Below are positions 26,328 through 38,891 of a stretch of DNA of 64,000 nt, piece after piece. The notes beneath the pieces were generated by a model. That model was not told the DNA's origin, searched no databases, and saw nothing but the letters and a program-made list of their open reading frames with translations. Origin of the DNA: Podarcis cretensis (Eukaryota); contig OX638164.1 in the NCBI GenBank assembly GCA_951804945.1, positions 7,998,001-8,062,000 on the forward strand, written 5' to 3'. Every line of letters begins with the position of its first letter. Position 1 is the first letter of the stretch. A program made the translations under genes and the position numbers.

Positions 26328-26385
26328 TATGTAGTATCAGCACCATCCACTAACGAACTGAACCACTCAGGCTGCCTGTACCATT

Positions 26386-26516
26386 TAATGGTGCTGACAA
26401 CACCAAGGCTGCAGGTTTGATTCCCGCATGGGACAGCTGCATATTCCTGCATTGCCAAGGGTTAGATTAGATGATCCTCAGGGTCCCTTCCAACTCTACA
26501 ATTCTATAGTTCTATA
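26386..26516 (+). mobile_element. tRNA-derived SINE with CR1 tail
   Basis: ggtgctgacaacaccaaggctgcaggtttgattccc (B box)...tagatgatcctcagggtcccttccaactctacaattctat. Confidence 0.75.
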
Positions 26517-28369
26517 TAGCTTTATCACCTGCAGCAGGACTCTGCCACTTCATTCTGCTAAAATGGACTGTGTGTTTCGGGAAGGAGGAGCCAGAGTCGG
26601 GCAGCCTCATCTCCTGATGGCAGATGGGTTCAGCCCCCTGGCCCCTACCCCGGGTCAGTTTATAGAATCATTAACTGATTTGAACCGGATGGAACTCATC
26701 GTGATGGCGAAAAGTTTCGGTGAGTTCCCAGGAGGCAGACACTCTGAAGTCCCTTTGTTCACAGAGTTGCTTTAAGCTACTTTTGTTGCTAGGGTAACAA
26801 ACAGCAAGGAACTCAGTCGACAAGGGAGCTGCTCTTTGTCTAAGGGGAGAGCACCACACACGGTGACGCAGTCACCTCCGCATTAGCTGTAACCTAGGTG
26901 ACGGTGCTGCAAGCCAGTTGGTACATGAGTTCCCCCCTCACCAAACTTCAGCCTACCAGAGCAACAGGTTCATAAAAGTATTACACATGCATTTGCAAGA
27001 GCAAGTTTGGGTGCAGGGAACTGTCCAATGCCTTCATTACTAACATATTCCTCACTCTCTACTGGAAAATTCATTCATCTAATTTTACTTGATGGACTTA
27101 TGCCAGAGGTTATTGTTGTTGTTGAATTCAAATTGGTTAACAATGGCAACAATAAAAAGGCTCTCCTCCGCTACCGAACCATAAATTAGATTCCTAATAC
27201 CTCAGATATTGATTTGTAACTGTATATGCAGGACATCCCAATGTATGGATTGTGGGGTGCAGTAAGCATTTTTTTTTTTAATCCCACCAGACAGTTCATA
27301 TGGTTCCCCTCTCCAGTTTTATATTCACAACAACCTTGTAAAGTACTGAGAAGTATACGTTTATGGCTGAATAAGGGTCCAAGCCCAGTTCTCTCTGGTT
27401 CTAGTGTGACATCGCAACCACTTTACCACACTGTTCCATTAAAACGCTGTCATGCATAACACCATCATGCCTTGACATTCTTGGAAGACTGATACATGAA
27501 CAATCTTGCCATGGGGAGTGGAATCGGCCCTGCCACCTACTGGCTCCTTTAGAGCTACGACCTGCTTTAGAGGGACAATTTTGATTCTCGTTCTTTCTCT
27601 ACTGTAACACTTTTATCACTCTGTGGTGAACACTATCCCTTGTATGACTGGGGTGGCGTGGTGCCTGGACTCCCATGGGATGCCCAGTGTGCAGTGCACA
27701 GCTATAAAGTGCTCAAATATGCCAGGGTGATGAGATGAAAGTTCGGGCATTCATACTGAGGAGCAAACGGCAGGGTTATGACATTTCTGATTAACTCAGA
27801 CTGATGACGGTGGGAAAATAAACAAGAATTTTGGATTAGGCTCTGAAAACAGCCCAGTAAAAAGGAAGGGGGGGAAAGGTTTCAGCAGAGACAAAAAGAG
27901 ACAGACAAAGCTGGGAGTTATAATACTGGGTGGAGCTGGACGAAGTTCTCCCAAGCGCCGCTTTTTGTTTGTACCTATCAGTGGGTGATACCCCTGGATG
28001 TTTTAAAGCCAGGATGCCCTTTCAAGCCAAGCCTAGTTGGTTATCCTTTTTGTTGTGCTTCCTAAGGTCAGAACATTTTATCTCTGCCTCAGCCCTTTCT
28101 AAGTTTGCCCCACCCCACGTGATTTTTTTTTTTGTAGGGCACCCATTGTCACAGAAGAATAGCCTCTTTCCTCAGCAGCCAAGTGACACAATGGCACTAC
28201 TCAATACCCCCTGAACAGATAAAGTGCAGCAAGGAAAGAGAAATTCTATAAACGCCTCCACAAAATAAAACATGTAAGTTGACAGGAAAGGGGGGAGTTT
28301 AGGGGTCAATATGAATAAGGCTGAGTTCTTAGAAGAGAAAAAAAACTTTTTAAAACACTCACACACAAA

Positions 28370-28422
<53 letters not shown>

Positions 28423-29032
28423 AGAAAGAATATCATATCATTGCCAGGTAAAGGGGCTGAGAGTTAGAATGCAGTTATTCATTCAGTCAGTCCCATTAAT
28501 GCCCCTGAAATCTAAGCACACCAGCCTGAAGAGAAACCAGTAGGCATCTGAATATGCAAAAGCTAAAAAGAATAGACTTTCTCACGGGTGTCTGTTCCAT
28601 CAAGACACAAGCTTCTTGTGCCTTCCCATCAAGGGAGGAAAGAAAAGTCAAGGTACCTTGCATGAAAACCAGAGGTTAAGCAAACTGATCTCTCTCATTC
28701 CCCCAGCCATATTGGCCCATGAAGCCCTAATGAAACTGTAGCAAGATTTGGAAGCAGTTTGCAAAATATAGTCCAGGAGTTAATCCCATTTGTCTTGGTT
28801 TTGATTCATTACAAGGAGTGTGTAACCAAGAGGAGTGCATGTATGCACGCACGCCTTTAAAGAGAGATGTGAAATAAATGAAGTATCTTTTTTATTTATA
28901 GAAGTATTTATATACATTCCTCTTACAAAACATCAATCTTGTCCAGTACCCTGCCTCCCACAACAGCCACCATTTTCCTCCAGGAAGCCCACACAAAAGG
29001 ACAGGACAAAGGAAAGGACAGCCTCCCCAGTA

Positions 29033-29273
29033 CAGTGGCACCTCTGGTTACAAACGCTTCTGGTTAGGAACGCTTCAGGTTACGAGCTCCGCTAACCCGA
29101 AGTAGCTGCTCCTGGTTATGAACTTTGCCCCAGGATGCCAATGGAAATTGCGCACCAGAGTCGTGTGCACAGCGGGAGGCCCTGTTAGTGAAAGCGCGCC
29201 CCAGGATAAGAATTGTTTCAGCTTAAGAATGGACCTCCAGAACAAATTAAGTTCATAACCAGAGGTATCACTG
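29033..29273 (-). mobile_element. Tigger/pogo-like MITE, copy 2 (inverted relative to copy 1)
   Basis: TA|CAGTGGCACCTC...GAGGTATCACTG|TA. Its reverse complement aligns with 26102-26327 (for example acttaatttgttctggaggtc and gggcctcccgct). Confidence 0.9.
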
Positions 29274-30851
29274 TAATGGTATTCAGTGCCATGCTGCCTC
29301 TGCCTCTAAACATGGAGTACTGGAGTCAGAACTCAAGTCACTGCAGTTTTCACATTTTCAAAAAGAAACCGGCCATTGCCTTTCTCTCAGTAACCTTTGG
29401 TTCAATTGTGTGTGTTTGTCTGTTTTATGAAGGCTGGCCAAACCTAGCGTCTTTTTTACTCCAAGTTAAGGCTGTTACAAACTTCAGGTGTGGAGGAAGA
29501 TTAAGGTCCACCAAACACATCCCCTCCCCACCTCTTTCTGTCCCGTCCCCCCGCCATAGCCTGATGAAGAGTTTTGGCACTTTCTTTGTGGATCAGCTTC
29601 CTTGTGCCTTTTTCGCTTGTTCCAAATAAAGGCACTCTCTTGTTACTCTGTGATTATGTCTCCCAACATGGCTACCTGCAGTTTTTGCCAAGCAAGGAGA
29701 AGTCATGGGTGCTCCTCAGGGATGGCCCAGATGTTCTACAGGCAGGTCTTGAGCACTACAAAGAAGCTTTTCCGCTGAACAAAATAAAAGCATTTACCAG
29801 TGCAAAATGTTCCTTTGTAAAAGGCAAAGCACAACCACAAAAAAGCAGTTATCCCCACATGGCTCGATATGGCAGCTCGCAAGAACTGATTAATCCAAAC
29901 TAATTAAGAGCATCAAATATCAGGGCATTACTAAATGCTCTCAAAAGTCTCAGCAGTTCGCAACTGTGGTGAGGGTAGACAGAAAAGTAGCATTTGCTGC
30001 AAAATTAAAAACAATAACAAACTTAAAAGTTAATAAATATGTCCCATTTCCTCTCTCTGATCAAACAAATATAATTTACTCTCTGACAAAGTTCAAGTAA
30101 TGGGCTTTGGTTTATTTAATGTTTACTTCCTAAGGCAGTTTTTAAAAAGGAAGGGGGGGGGTGCTGCACTGTCTTTAATCAGTACTGCTCAGGGAGAAAA
30201 CAGGGATTTTATACTACTGGTGAATTCCTGCTCTTGAGTAAGTCAAGCAGGGTGTCACTATCCTTTGGGATACCACTTCCATGAGCTACAAGGCAGAGCC
30301 CAGTGACTGAATAACTCCTCCTTATGACAGGCCCTTCCACAATTTCTCCTGCCAAGAAGCAGAGCATCAGTCAGGCTCCCTAAAAGCCTGTTAGTCTTGG
30401 GTCAAAAGCGATTTGAAAAACAACCCTTTAAAAAAAGTTAAGTTGACATCTTTCAACCCCTCTCCCATGTATTCGGATGGGCCTTTCACTAAACTAGGGA
30501 GAGCAATTGTCATTGCAGGAGTTTCCAAAGCACCAGCCCAACTGCTAACAACCTCAATTCCCCACAGGAATTGTCTGGTGGGAAGGATCCTGATTACTTT
30601 TATATGCTTATATGACTTATTATGGTTTTTAATGTGTTTCTGGTGTCACTAGAGTGGAAGGATTTTTGCTCTGAAAGGGAGGGTATAAAATACTGTAATA
30701 AATAACTATTTGCAATGATATTAATAATGTTTGCCTGGTATAGAGAGAGCTCTTTCAGTTTACTAACTGGGAACCCAAGACTCTCCACAGGAACCCACAG
30801 CTAGAGCTGTGATTTAAGCAATTTCCCAGCCCCTGTTTTAATGCTATAAAC

Positions 30852-30967
30852 CAGGCATGGGGAACCTGTGGCTCTCAAGAAGTTGTTGTATTACATCTCC
30901 CCTTGCCTGTTAACTACTGGCCATGCTGACAGTGGCTTATAGGAGGGTAACAGGGTCACCATCCCTG
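30852..30967. mobile_element. hAT MITE (MER3/MER5-like)
   Basis: CAGGCATGGGGAACCTGT...ACAGGGTCACCATCCCTG TIRs, with 8-bp TSD ctataaac/ctctaaaa (6 of 8 match). Confidence 0.7.
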
Positions 30968-32404
30968 CTCTAAAATCTGGCTCACATCAAGCTCCCCAAA
31001 ACTGCGCACTTTAGAAATCTGGTACCAACTCCGAATCAAGTCCCATGACAGATAATCTTGCTTCTCTAATGCTGCACTATCATCTGCCACTAAACCATAT
31101 ACTTTAAATAAGATGCAAGTAAATGCTGTCTCTCTGGTGTAGTCATTTAAAATGATGCCAATGGCATAAAAGCAGGAGAGCCTAGAGCACTTTGGTGTTT
31201 GCTATGTGTCTAAGTACATCAACTGAATTGGAGCAAGCAGACATCACTAGGCCCTTTATGCCCATATCCTGGCCCAGGCAATGCGAGCAGAGAGTTGGGG
31301 CGGAGAAATTGTCATTGAGCACCTTCAGCAGGGATGGTTATGGGGGGAAAGGTGGTAGTTTAGTTAATAGACAGAGAGAAAGAGCCGTGATGGGCAATTA
31401 CTCAAGTAGAGAGACAAGAGCACCATCAGCCACTTATGGCTGGGGAAGAGGGGGAAGCAACAGTTTCTTCTGACAGATGTCATGCAGAAGCAGCATTTGA
31501 TGTTGGCGCATTGATCTGTGCTTTCCTTGACTAGCAACTGCTGCTCTTAAAACCCCATATTACAACTTGCTGTCACTTGCCACCTCAACAGATGGCTGAA
31601 TCAGAAAGAACAGTTTCAACTTGATTCTGTAGGCTTTCCCCTCCCTCCAGTTATTTTAGAGCTAATAGACTTATTGCAGGGGATCCGGATGTCTTAAAGA
31701 TGTGGTAAAACCAGCCCTGCTGTCCCCAAGTCCTGCCTTTGTGGCACCAATTCCCCACCACCACCCCTACATCAATGGATCAAGCAGCTAACTGCATTTT
31801 TTATTTTGCAGGTTACATGCAATATTATTCTTTACAGACAGGCCTATAAAGACTTTGTGGAGTGTGTGTATGTGGAAGGGATTTGATGCAAAACAGAAGG
31901 AAGCTAAGGTCCAAGTAACCAAAATTATCTTATGAAATATTTATACAAGTGTTTCATTAGTGAATGGCAGCTACCCAATAGACTTGAATTGTCTAGAATC
32001 ATGGAAAATTAACTTCTTATTAAGTAAATGGTTATAGAATATTGCCTGCACAATTTTCCTTGTGTCTCCATGAACTCTCTTAATCGTGGTGTATCTGTCT
32101 CTGCATCTATATGACATCTTTCATTTTAAAAAGACAACCATGGCATTTCTGCAATAAAATAAATCAAAACTGTACTCCAGTTTCTTCTTGGGAACTTTGT
32201 TCAACCACTCAAAAATGGAAAGGCATATTCAGCTCAGAGAAGGGAGTGGGACCTATTGAGTTTCCAAAAACCAGTTAGGAAAGGATCAACAATGAGAGAT
32301 TGTGGAATACAGAGTGGATAGCGACCTGTCCTTGCATGAGTATTATTAACTTGAAGAATCTCTAGACTGACCTTTAATCAACATTACCAGGGTGGTTTAC
32401 AGGA

Positions 32405-32410
32405 GCGTGC

Positions 32411-32448
<38 letters not shown>
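32405..32448. repeat. Alternating purine-pyrimidine tract (CG/TG then CA), Z-DNA prone
   Basis: gcgtgcgcgtgcgcgcgcgcacaca... gives 44 bp of unbroken alternation. Confidence 0.9.
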
Positions 32449-34984
32449 CAGCACCAGATCTCATGAAATAACAATAATAAAATTGACTCTAGACCCACCC
32501 TTACAGAACCATCATTTCTAGGTCCTGGAGTGGAAACTATAACTGTAAAGTCAGTATTCAGGTTTGTAGCCCAGGCATGCCCCTGTGCATCTTTGCCCAA
32601 GAAGCATCTGCCATTAAGTGTAACATTCACCATTCACTTACACCCCAATTAATGAATGTTGACCGAGGTGATAATTGTACAGATCTATCTTGGGCTCTGT
32701 GGAATCAACGAGTTTATTACTACTGAATCAAGGAGCCTGTCAATAAGCTAATCTTTTTGAATACGTACAGAACAGATAGTGACAGCCGTGAAATAAGGCA
32801 CCGGGAAAGAAAAAACAACACAAAGCAAACTCTCTGCAGCCTCCATTAAAGCTCAGTGCTGAACCATCAGGGTTGCCAGGCTTCATTGCTCTTTGGGCGG
32901 GGGACTGGCAAGCAGATGGAGGAATCTGGCTTGGGTGATCAGTGGGGTGAAACTTGTTTACTCTGAAACATGAAGGGGTCCAGGCATGCTGCTACTCTGC
33001 AAGAGGACCAAACTGAGCATACGTCTCCTGAACATGGGAAGATGAAGCTTTGCTAGATGAGCAAGGCAGCACTGCTCAGTTTACTTCTGTCTACTTCAGC
33101 AGGAAAATCAAAATTAATATCCATATTGAAACAATGAAAGCTTAAGGTAATTGGAAAGAACAGAAATTCAAAGTATTCCCTCTAATCCCAATACCATCTT
33201 GCTCAAGGCAGGTCAATGAAATGACTGGAGCTTATGTCCACAGGACCATTTCTCAGAATGGATCCTGGTGACTTGCTGAAGGTATCACCTCAATATGTAC
33301 ACTTCTATGCACAACTGCTGATGATGCATCCTGGAAAGGATGTTACTCATTTCTCATCAAGCTAATTCTGGCCAAAAAGAACGAAAAGAGTCAGAAGAGC
33401 TCAGGTGTGGCCTTCCAGATGATGCCCATCTTGGGAACTGCTACACCCAACAGTTTATTTTCAGGCATGAGTGCCTAAAATGAGATGCCCAGAGTAGACA
33501 GATCACCACTCGGGGTGACCTGGGGGCAAATAATTGCCCGACTGTTTTGATTTAAACTGACATATCACCTGATCTTGCCCAGAGAAGATGAACAAAGTCC
33601 ACTTTATAGGACAGATGTTCAGAACTCCCACTCCCAAATAATCTCCTGCAGCGAGAATAAGACATTTTTTGGCACAGCCCAAAATTACAAAGCAGTTTGC
33701 AAGTTTATAACATTCAGAAGAGGATGTGCTTTGCAGACTTAAATATGTTTGTTCCTCATGGCAAACAAGTACTCAGCTTGCAGCAGGACACAGTGGGGCA
33801 AAGAATATGCATTAGGAGTAGCTGACCGGGCCAGAAAAAAGGTTTCCATTTCACCTGTTCTATGATTCGATATTAATTTCAGCATCACTATAAGGAGCTG
33901 TTGAAGATCACTTTTGTTTTGACCACTGCTGATTTGCTTAGCTCAGGATTGTTGTTGTTGTTTGTCTTTTAAAAGCTAAGAAGGGATTTAACAGTGTGAC
34001 CTCCCTCCCCCAATAGTTTGAAAATTTAGACAAAGTCCAAGAACAAGAATGAGATCAAACAACACAGATATATGCTGCATTTAAAATTTGCCCAACCTCA
34101 CGTGCGAACTTTCCTGCTCTTTCCGTTCTCTCACTCTGGAACCATACTGGGCACTGCTGGCTTAATTCCTCCGATTATTTATACACATTGCACAACTCAT
34201 ACAATATTTTGCTTTCTGAAGCAGAAAAAAAACTCTTAGCTACTCGTAAACTGTCAGGTGCTATTATTTTAAATACCCAAGTGAAACTCTAAGAGCCAGC
34301 AACTCACTCCTGCAGATTTACTATTTCCCCCTGTATAAATTAAACAAGACAATTGCATGTTGCAAAGCCAGATGGGGGCGGCGCTGGGGTGGGTGGGAGG
34401 GAGATAACACCCCTTTTTATCAAGCCTTGCAGTTAGATTACAGTGCAGTTGGACAAAAACAAAGTATTTTAACCTGATTACCCACCTCTTTTAAAATCCA
34501 ATATGAGCTCTCAGGGCATCTTTTCCTTTCCTTCTGGTAATGAAGATAAACCACTGACTATTTACTCAAAATGTCACAAGGCTGAACTGTCTCTACAGTG
34601 CTGGCCTTGTGTGCTCTGGCCTCTACAAATAGGCTCCTTTTGTGGGGTGCTGAGCCAACAGCTTGTTAATAATGGGGTTAGGCTGGTCAGGAGTCAGGGC
34701 CAAGTCACTAGCCATGTCTCACAACGCCAACTTAAGCCTGGGCACAAACCAAAGCATAATTGCCAGACAGCTGTGTTGAGCCACATTTTTTAAAACCTGC
34801 AGTAGTTGACTTCAGCTCCAACTCCTGCCTGCAAAGACCTAAAAAGGTAATATCTGGAGAGGTGTTAGCAAGGGTTGCCTAAAGTGCAGAACTGCTCCAT
34901 TCAGCAGAACCTCCTGGTAACATCTGAAGAGAGCATTAGGTGCTAGTTAAATTTTAAGAATTTACTGTCACAAAATAGGGAGAC

Positions 34985-35250
34985 CATCACTTGTTTAAAT
35001 GGCTTTATAAGAGGCTTAGAGAAATTCATGGAGGAGGAAGAGAACTATCAGTAGTTGTTACTCATGATCATTATGTGGCACCTCCATGTTCAGAGCCATA
35101 CTTTGAATATTGGTTGATGGGGAGCAACAACAGGAGAGGATTATGACCCCCATGCCCTGCTTCTGGGCTTCCCAGGAGGCTTCTTTTGGGCTGTCGAAGA
35201 AAGAAAGATACTGGCCTAGATGGATCTCTGGTCTGCAGAATTTATGTTAT
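34985..35250 (+). mobile_element. Old CR1/L3 3' fragment
   Basis: aaatggctttataagaggcttagagaaattcatggagga (ORF2 end)...actggcctagatggatctctggtctg (CR1 3' motif). Confidence 0.65.
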
Positions 35251-35401
35251 ATTGCTCTAAGACATGTAACAATACTAGTCTGGAATCTTTTCCAAAACTA
35301 CTCAGATTTCACATTTACTCACTTGCGCAAGAGTTGGCCTTCCCCTTCCCCAGCAGCAATAACAATGCTTTTCTTAGAACATACAAGATGTTGAATTGTT
35401 C

Positions 35402-35434
<33 letters not shown>

Positions 35435-36068
35435 TTATTATTTGTACCCCGCCCATCTGGCTGGGTCTCTCCAGCCACTCTGGGCGGCTGCCATAAAAAC
35501 CAAAAATACACTAAAATATCACAGATTAAAAACTTCCCTGAACAGGGCTGCCTTAAGATGTCTTCTGAATGTCAGGTAGTTATTTATTGCTTTGACATCT
35601 GCTGGAAGGGCGTTCCACAGGGCGGGCGCCACTACCGAGAAGGCCCTCTGCCTGGTTCCCTGTAGCTTTGCTTCTCGCAATGAAGGAACCACCAGAAGGC
35701 CCTCGGCACTGGACCTCAGCGTCCGGGCAGAACGATGGGGGTGGAGACGCTCCTTCAGGTATACTGGGCCGAGGCCGTTTAGGGCTTTAAAGGTCAACAC
35801 CAGCACTTTGAATTGTGCTCGGAAACGTACTGGGAGCCAATGTAGGTCTTTCAAGACCGGTGTTATGTGGTCTCGGCGGCCGCCCCCAGTCACCAGTCTA
35901 GCTGCCGCATTCTGGATTAGTTGTAGTTTCCGAGTCACCTTCAAAGGTAGCCCCACGTAGAGCGCATTGCAGTAGTCCAAGCGGGAGATAACCAGAGCAT
36001 GCACCACTCTGCCGAGATAGTCCGCAGGCAGGTGGGGTCTCAGCCTGCGTACCAGGTGGAGTTGGTAG
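35402..36068 (-). mobile_element. Young 5'-truncated L2 LINE (ORF2 C-terminus, 3'UTR and (TTA)n tail)
   Basis: Uninterrupted frame YQLHLVRRLRPHL...VHALVISRLDYCNALYVGLP...QLIQNAAARLV...HITPVLKDLHWLPV...RAFSVVAPALWNALP, typical of L2. CpGs are retained and the tail is (TTA)n. Confidence 0.95.
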
Positions 36069-36944
36069 TGGGCATTTTGAGGGAGTCACTGGAGTTCAAG
36101 GGCATTTTGAGGGAGTCACTGGTGGGAGCCACTATTCTTTGTCACTCGCCATTTGATTAAGAGGCCAAACAGCAGACCAAAATGTTTTTAATTCACTGCA
36201 AGGCAATTCCGCCCCCCCCCCCCCGTCACCTTGCCATGAGATCCCAGGGCTGGACTGTAAGTACCACTTCCATATAGCCAGTGCAGTGCACATATCAAAA
36301 ACACAGAGCTACAGAGCTTCCTATGGCCTTCCATGTACTGTATGTTAATCAAGTTTGATGCACTTTGCGATCCCAGTCCAAGACAAAATTTAGCATGCTG
36401 CAAAAGCCATCAATACACGGGGGAAATCTATCCTTCCATTCACAATGAACAGACTTGTATAGGTATAGAAGAAAAGACACAAGGCCCATTAAAAGAAAGG
36501 AATGCCAACCTGTTTTGATAAGGATCAGATTTCCTACTCTGCAGGATGGAATGCATTATATAAACCTGCTACGTTTGCCAACACATTCCTCAAAACAGAG
36601 GATGAATCTGGGGGACTGTGATAAAGAAAAAGGAGCAATGTCTTTTGCCTTTCTACTAGGAAAACCAGAGGTGGCCGCGGTCTAGAACTTAGCAGGTAGT
36701 GTTTCTTTAGCACCATTTTGGACTCAACAGAGCAGGCCATGGTTCATTTTCTTTTGTGGTGCCTTCTCTCTGTGGAAAGCTTTTGCTGTAAGGTTGCCAA
36801 GATAGGTCACTTTTTCTCTCTAGAATGCTGGGGATGGCCTCCAGTACCAAACGCCAAGCAAACTACAGATTGTGGCACCTATTCATAGTGTTGCTATCAG
36901 TGCTTCTGCGCCTTATATGATCCAAGTTTGATCCACGTCCACCA

Positions 36945-37255
36945 TCCTGTCCCCCAGAGTGGTCAGTCCTGGAAAGCCCAAAAGCAGGGTGTGTATGCAA
37001 TGGCCCTCTCCTGATGCTGTTTTCCAGTGACTGGGATTCAGAGACATGCTACTAACATGGAAGCGCCACTTAGCTATCATAGCTCATAGCTGCAGAAAGA
37101 GTCATCAAAGCCAGGGGCCATTCATCACTACCTCTTGTAGCAGTAAATTCCATAGGCTGACTGGGTACTATGTGGAAAAAGCATGCCCTTTGTCTTGCCC
37201 TGAATCTCCTGCTGATTGTCCCACTGGGTGGTTGACAGTTCTAGTATTATGAGAA
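36945..37255 (-). mobile_element. Old CR1/L3 fragment
   Basis: catcactacctcttgtagcagtaaattccataggctgact...tgtggaaaaag...ttgtcttgccctgaatct...gttctagtattatgaga is the reverse complement of a CR1 ORF2 end. Confidence 0.65.
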
Positions 37256-37650
37256 GCTGTCTTAATGTTAACATGCATAGGCTGGATTCACCTTTCATTG
37301 CAGTTCTCTACAACTAATTCCATATGCTCCATCATGATTCTCAAACAGCAGCCCCACTCAAGGCCCATGTCACACAGCAAACTACTTTTAAAACTGCTCC
37401 AATTGCCAGTTGTTCCTGGGATCTGACGGGAGGCACACCATGTCACCAGCCAGGTGCTGCGTTGAAGTCTCGCAGGAAGATCATGGCAAGAAGGAGACCA
37501 AGCTGGCTCTGTGGATCAGCTACTTCAGGGCTTGCTCCGTCCCTTTGTATCCTGTCCATTAGACTGTGAGTCTGTGGGAAAGTGGCTGATTTATCTTTAA
37601 GTAGTTGTACAGCACGTAAAACATTTTAGATGCTTTGTAAGTGTTAAATA

Positions 37651-38388
37651 CAAATTGAGGGTGAAAGAGGAGAGTGCAAAATATGGTCTGAAGCTCAACA
37701 TCAAAAAAACGAAGATCATGGCTACTGGTCCCATCACCTCCTGGCAAATAGAAGGGGAAGAAATGGAGGCAGTGAGAGATTTTACTTTCTTGGGCTCCAT
37801 GATCACTGCAGATGGTGACAGCAGCCACGAAATTAAAAGACGCCTGCTTCTTGGGAGAAGGGCAATGACAGGCCTAGACAGCATCTTGAGAAGTAGAGAC
37901 ATCACCTTGCCAACAAAGGTCCGTATAGTTAAAGCTATGGTTTTCCCAGTAGTGATGTATGGAAGTGAGAGCTGGACCATAAAGAAGGCTGATCGCCGAA
38001 GAATTGATGCTTTTGAATTATGGTGCTGGAGGAGACTCTTGAGAGTCCCTTGGACTGCAAGAAGATCAAACCTCTCCATTCTGAAGGAAATCAGCCCTGA
38101 GTGCTCACTGGAAGGACAGATTGTGAAGCTGAGACTCCAGTACTTTGGCCACCTCATGAGAAGAGAAGACTCCCTGGAGAAGACCCTGATGTTGGGAAAG
38201 ATGGAGGGCACAAGGAGAAGGGGGCGACAGAGGACGAGATGGTTGGATAGTGTTTTCGAGGTTACCAGCATGAGTCTGACCAAGCTGCGGGGGGCAGTGG
38301 AGGACAGGAGTGCCTGGCGTTCTCTGGTCCATGAGGTCACGAAGAGTCGGACACGACTAAACGACTAAACAACAACAACAACAACAAC
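37651..38388 (+). mobile_element. Young 5'-truncated BovB (RTE-clade) LINE
   Basis: Intact 237-codon frame RVKEESAKYGLKLNIKKTKIMA...VVMYGSESWTIKKADRRRIDAFELWCWRRLLRVPWTARRSN...VTKSRTRLND, a (CAA)n tail, and a 12-bp TSD aagtgttaaata at 37639-37650 and 38389-38400. Confidence 0.97.
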
Positions 38389-38812
38389 AAGTGTTAAATA
38401 ACAATAGCCCAGCACCCTGATTCCAACAGGGACAACCAGCTCACCTGAAAGGAGGTGTTTAATAACAACAAGCTAACTGCCATAAGGCTCATAAACCAAG
38501 CATAGGAAGGATCACCACCCAAGTCTGATTCCTAAACAGCTTGCAGCTTCATTATACTAGCTGACTGGAAAAGGAAAAGCAATTTTACTCCCAAATCCTG
38601 ACACATTCTTGCATACAAATATACAAAGGTGTCTTATACAAAGGTGTGATCTGTGGGCGAAGGCCGGTATAAAAATTAAATAAATGATAAATGATAGTAA
38701 TAACATACCGAGCCAGACCACCCACCAGTCTGTCCAACTCCGTGCTTTCTCTAAAGATTGGCAGCAGATCTCCAAGGCCTCCAAGCTTGCCCCTCAATAT
38801 TTTATTTTTACA

Positions 38813-38891
38813 GGGGATGCCAGGGATTGAAAACCAGGACCTTCTGCATGCAAAGCCTGGTGCTCCACTGCTCAGATGTGCATCCACTCCC
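38813..38891 (-). mobile_element. tRNA-derived SINE head (family of 25-200)
   Basis: gatgccagggattgaaaaccaggaccttctgcatgcaaagc is the reverse complement of the SINE tRNA-like head. Confidence 0.7.

Noticed and set aside
35592-35960. 122-aa plus-strand ORF
   Set aside because: Antisense shadow of the GC-rich L2 ORF2.
37597-38340. 247-aa minus-strand ORF and other ORFs overlapping BovB
   Set aside because: These are antisense shadows of the BovB ORF, not host genes.
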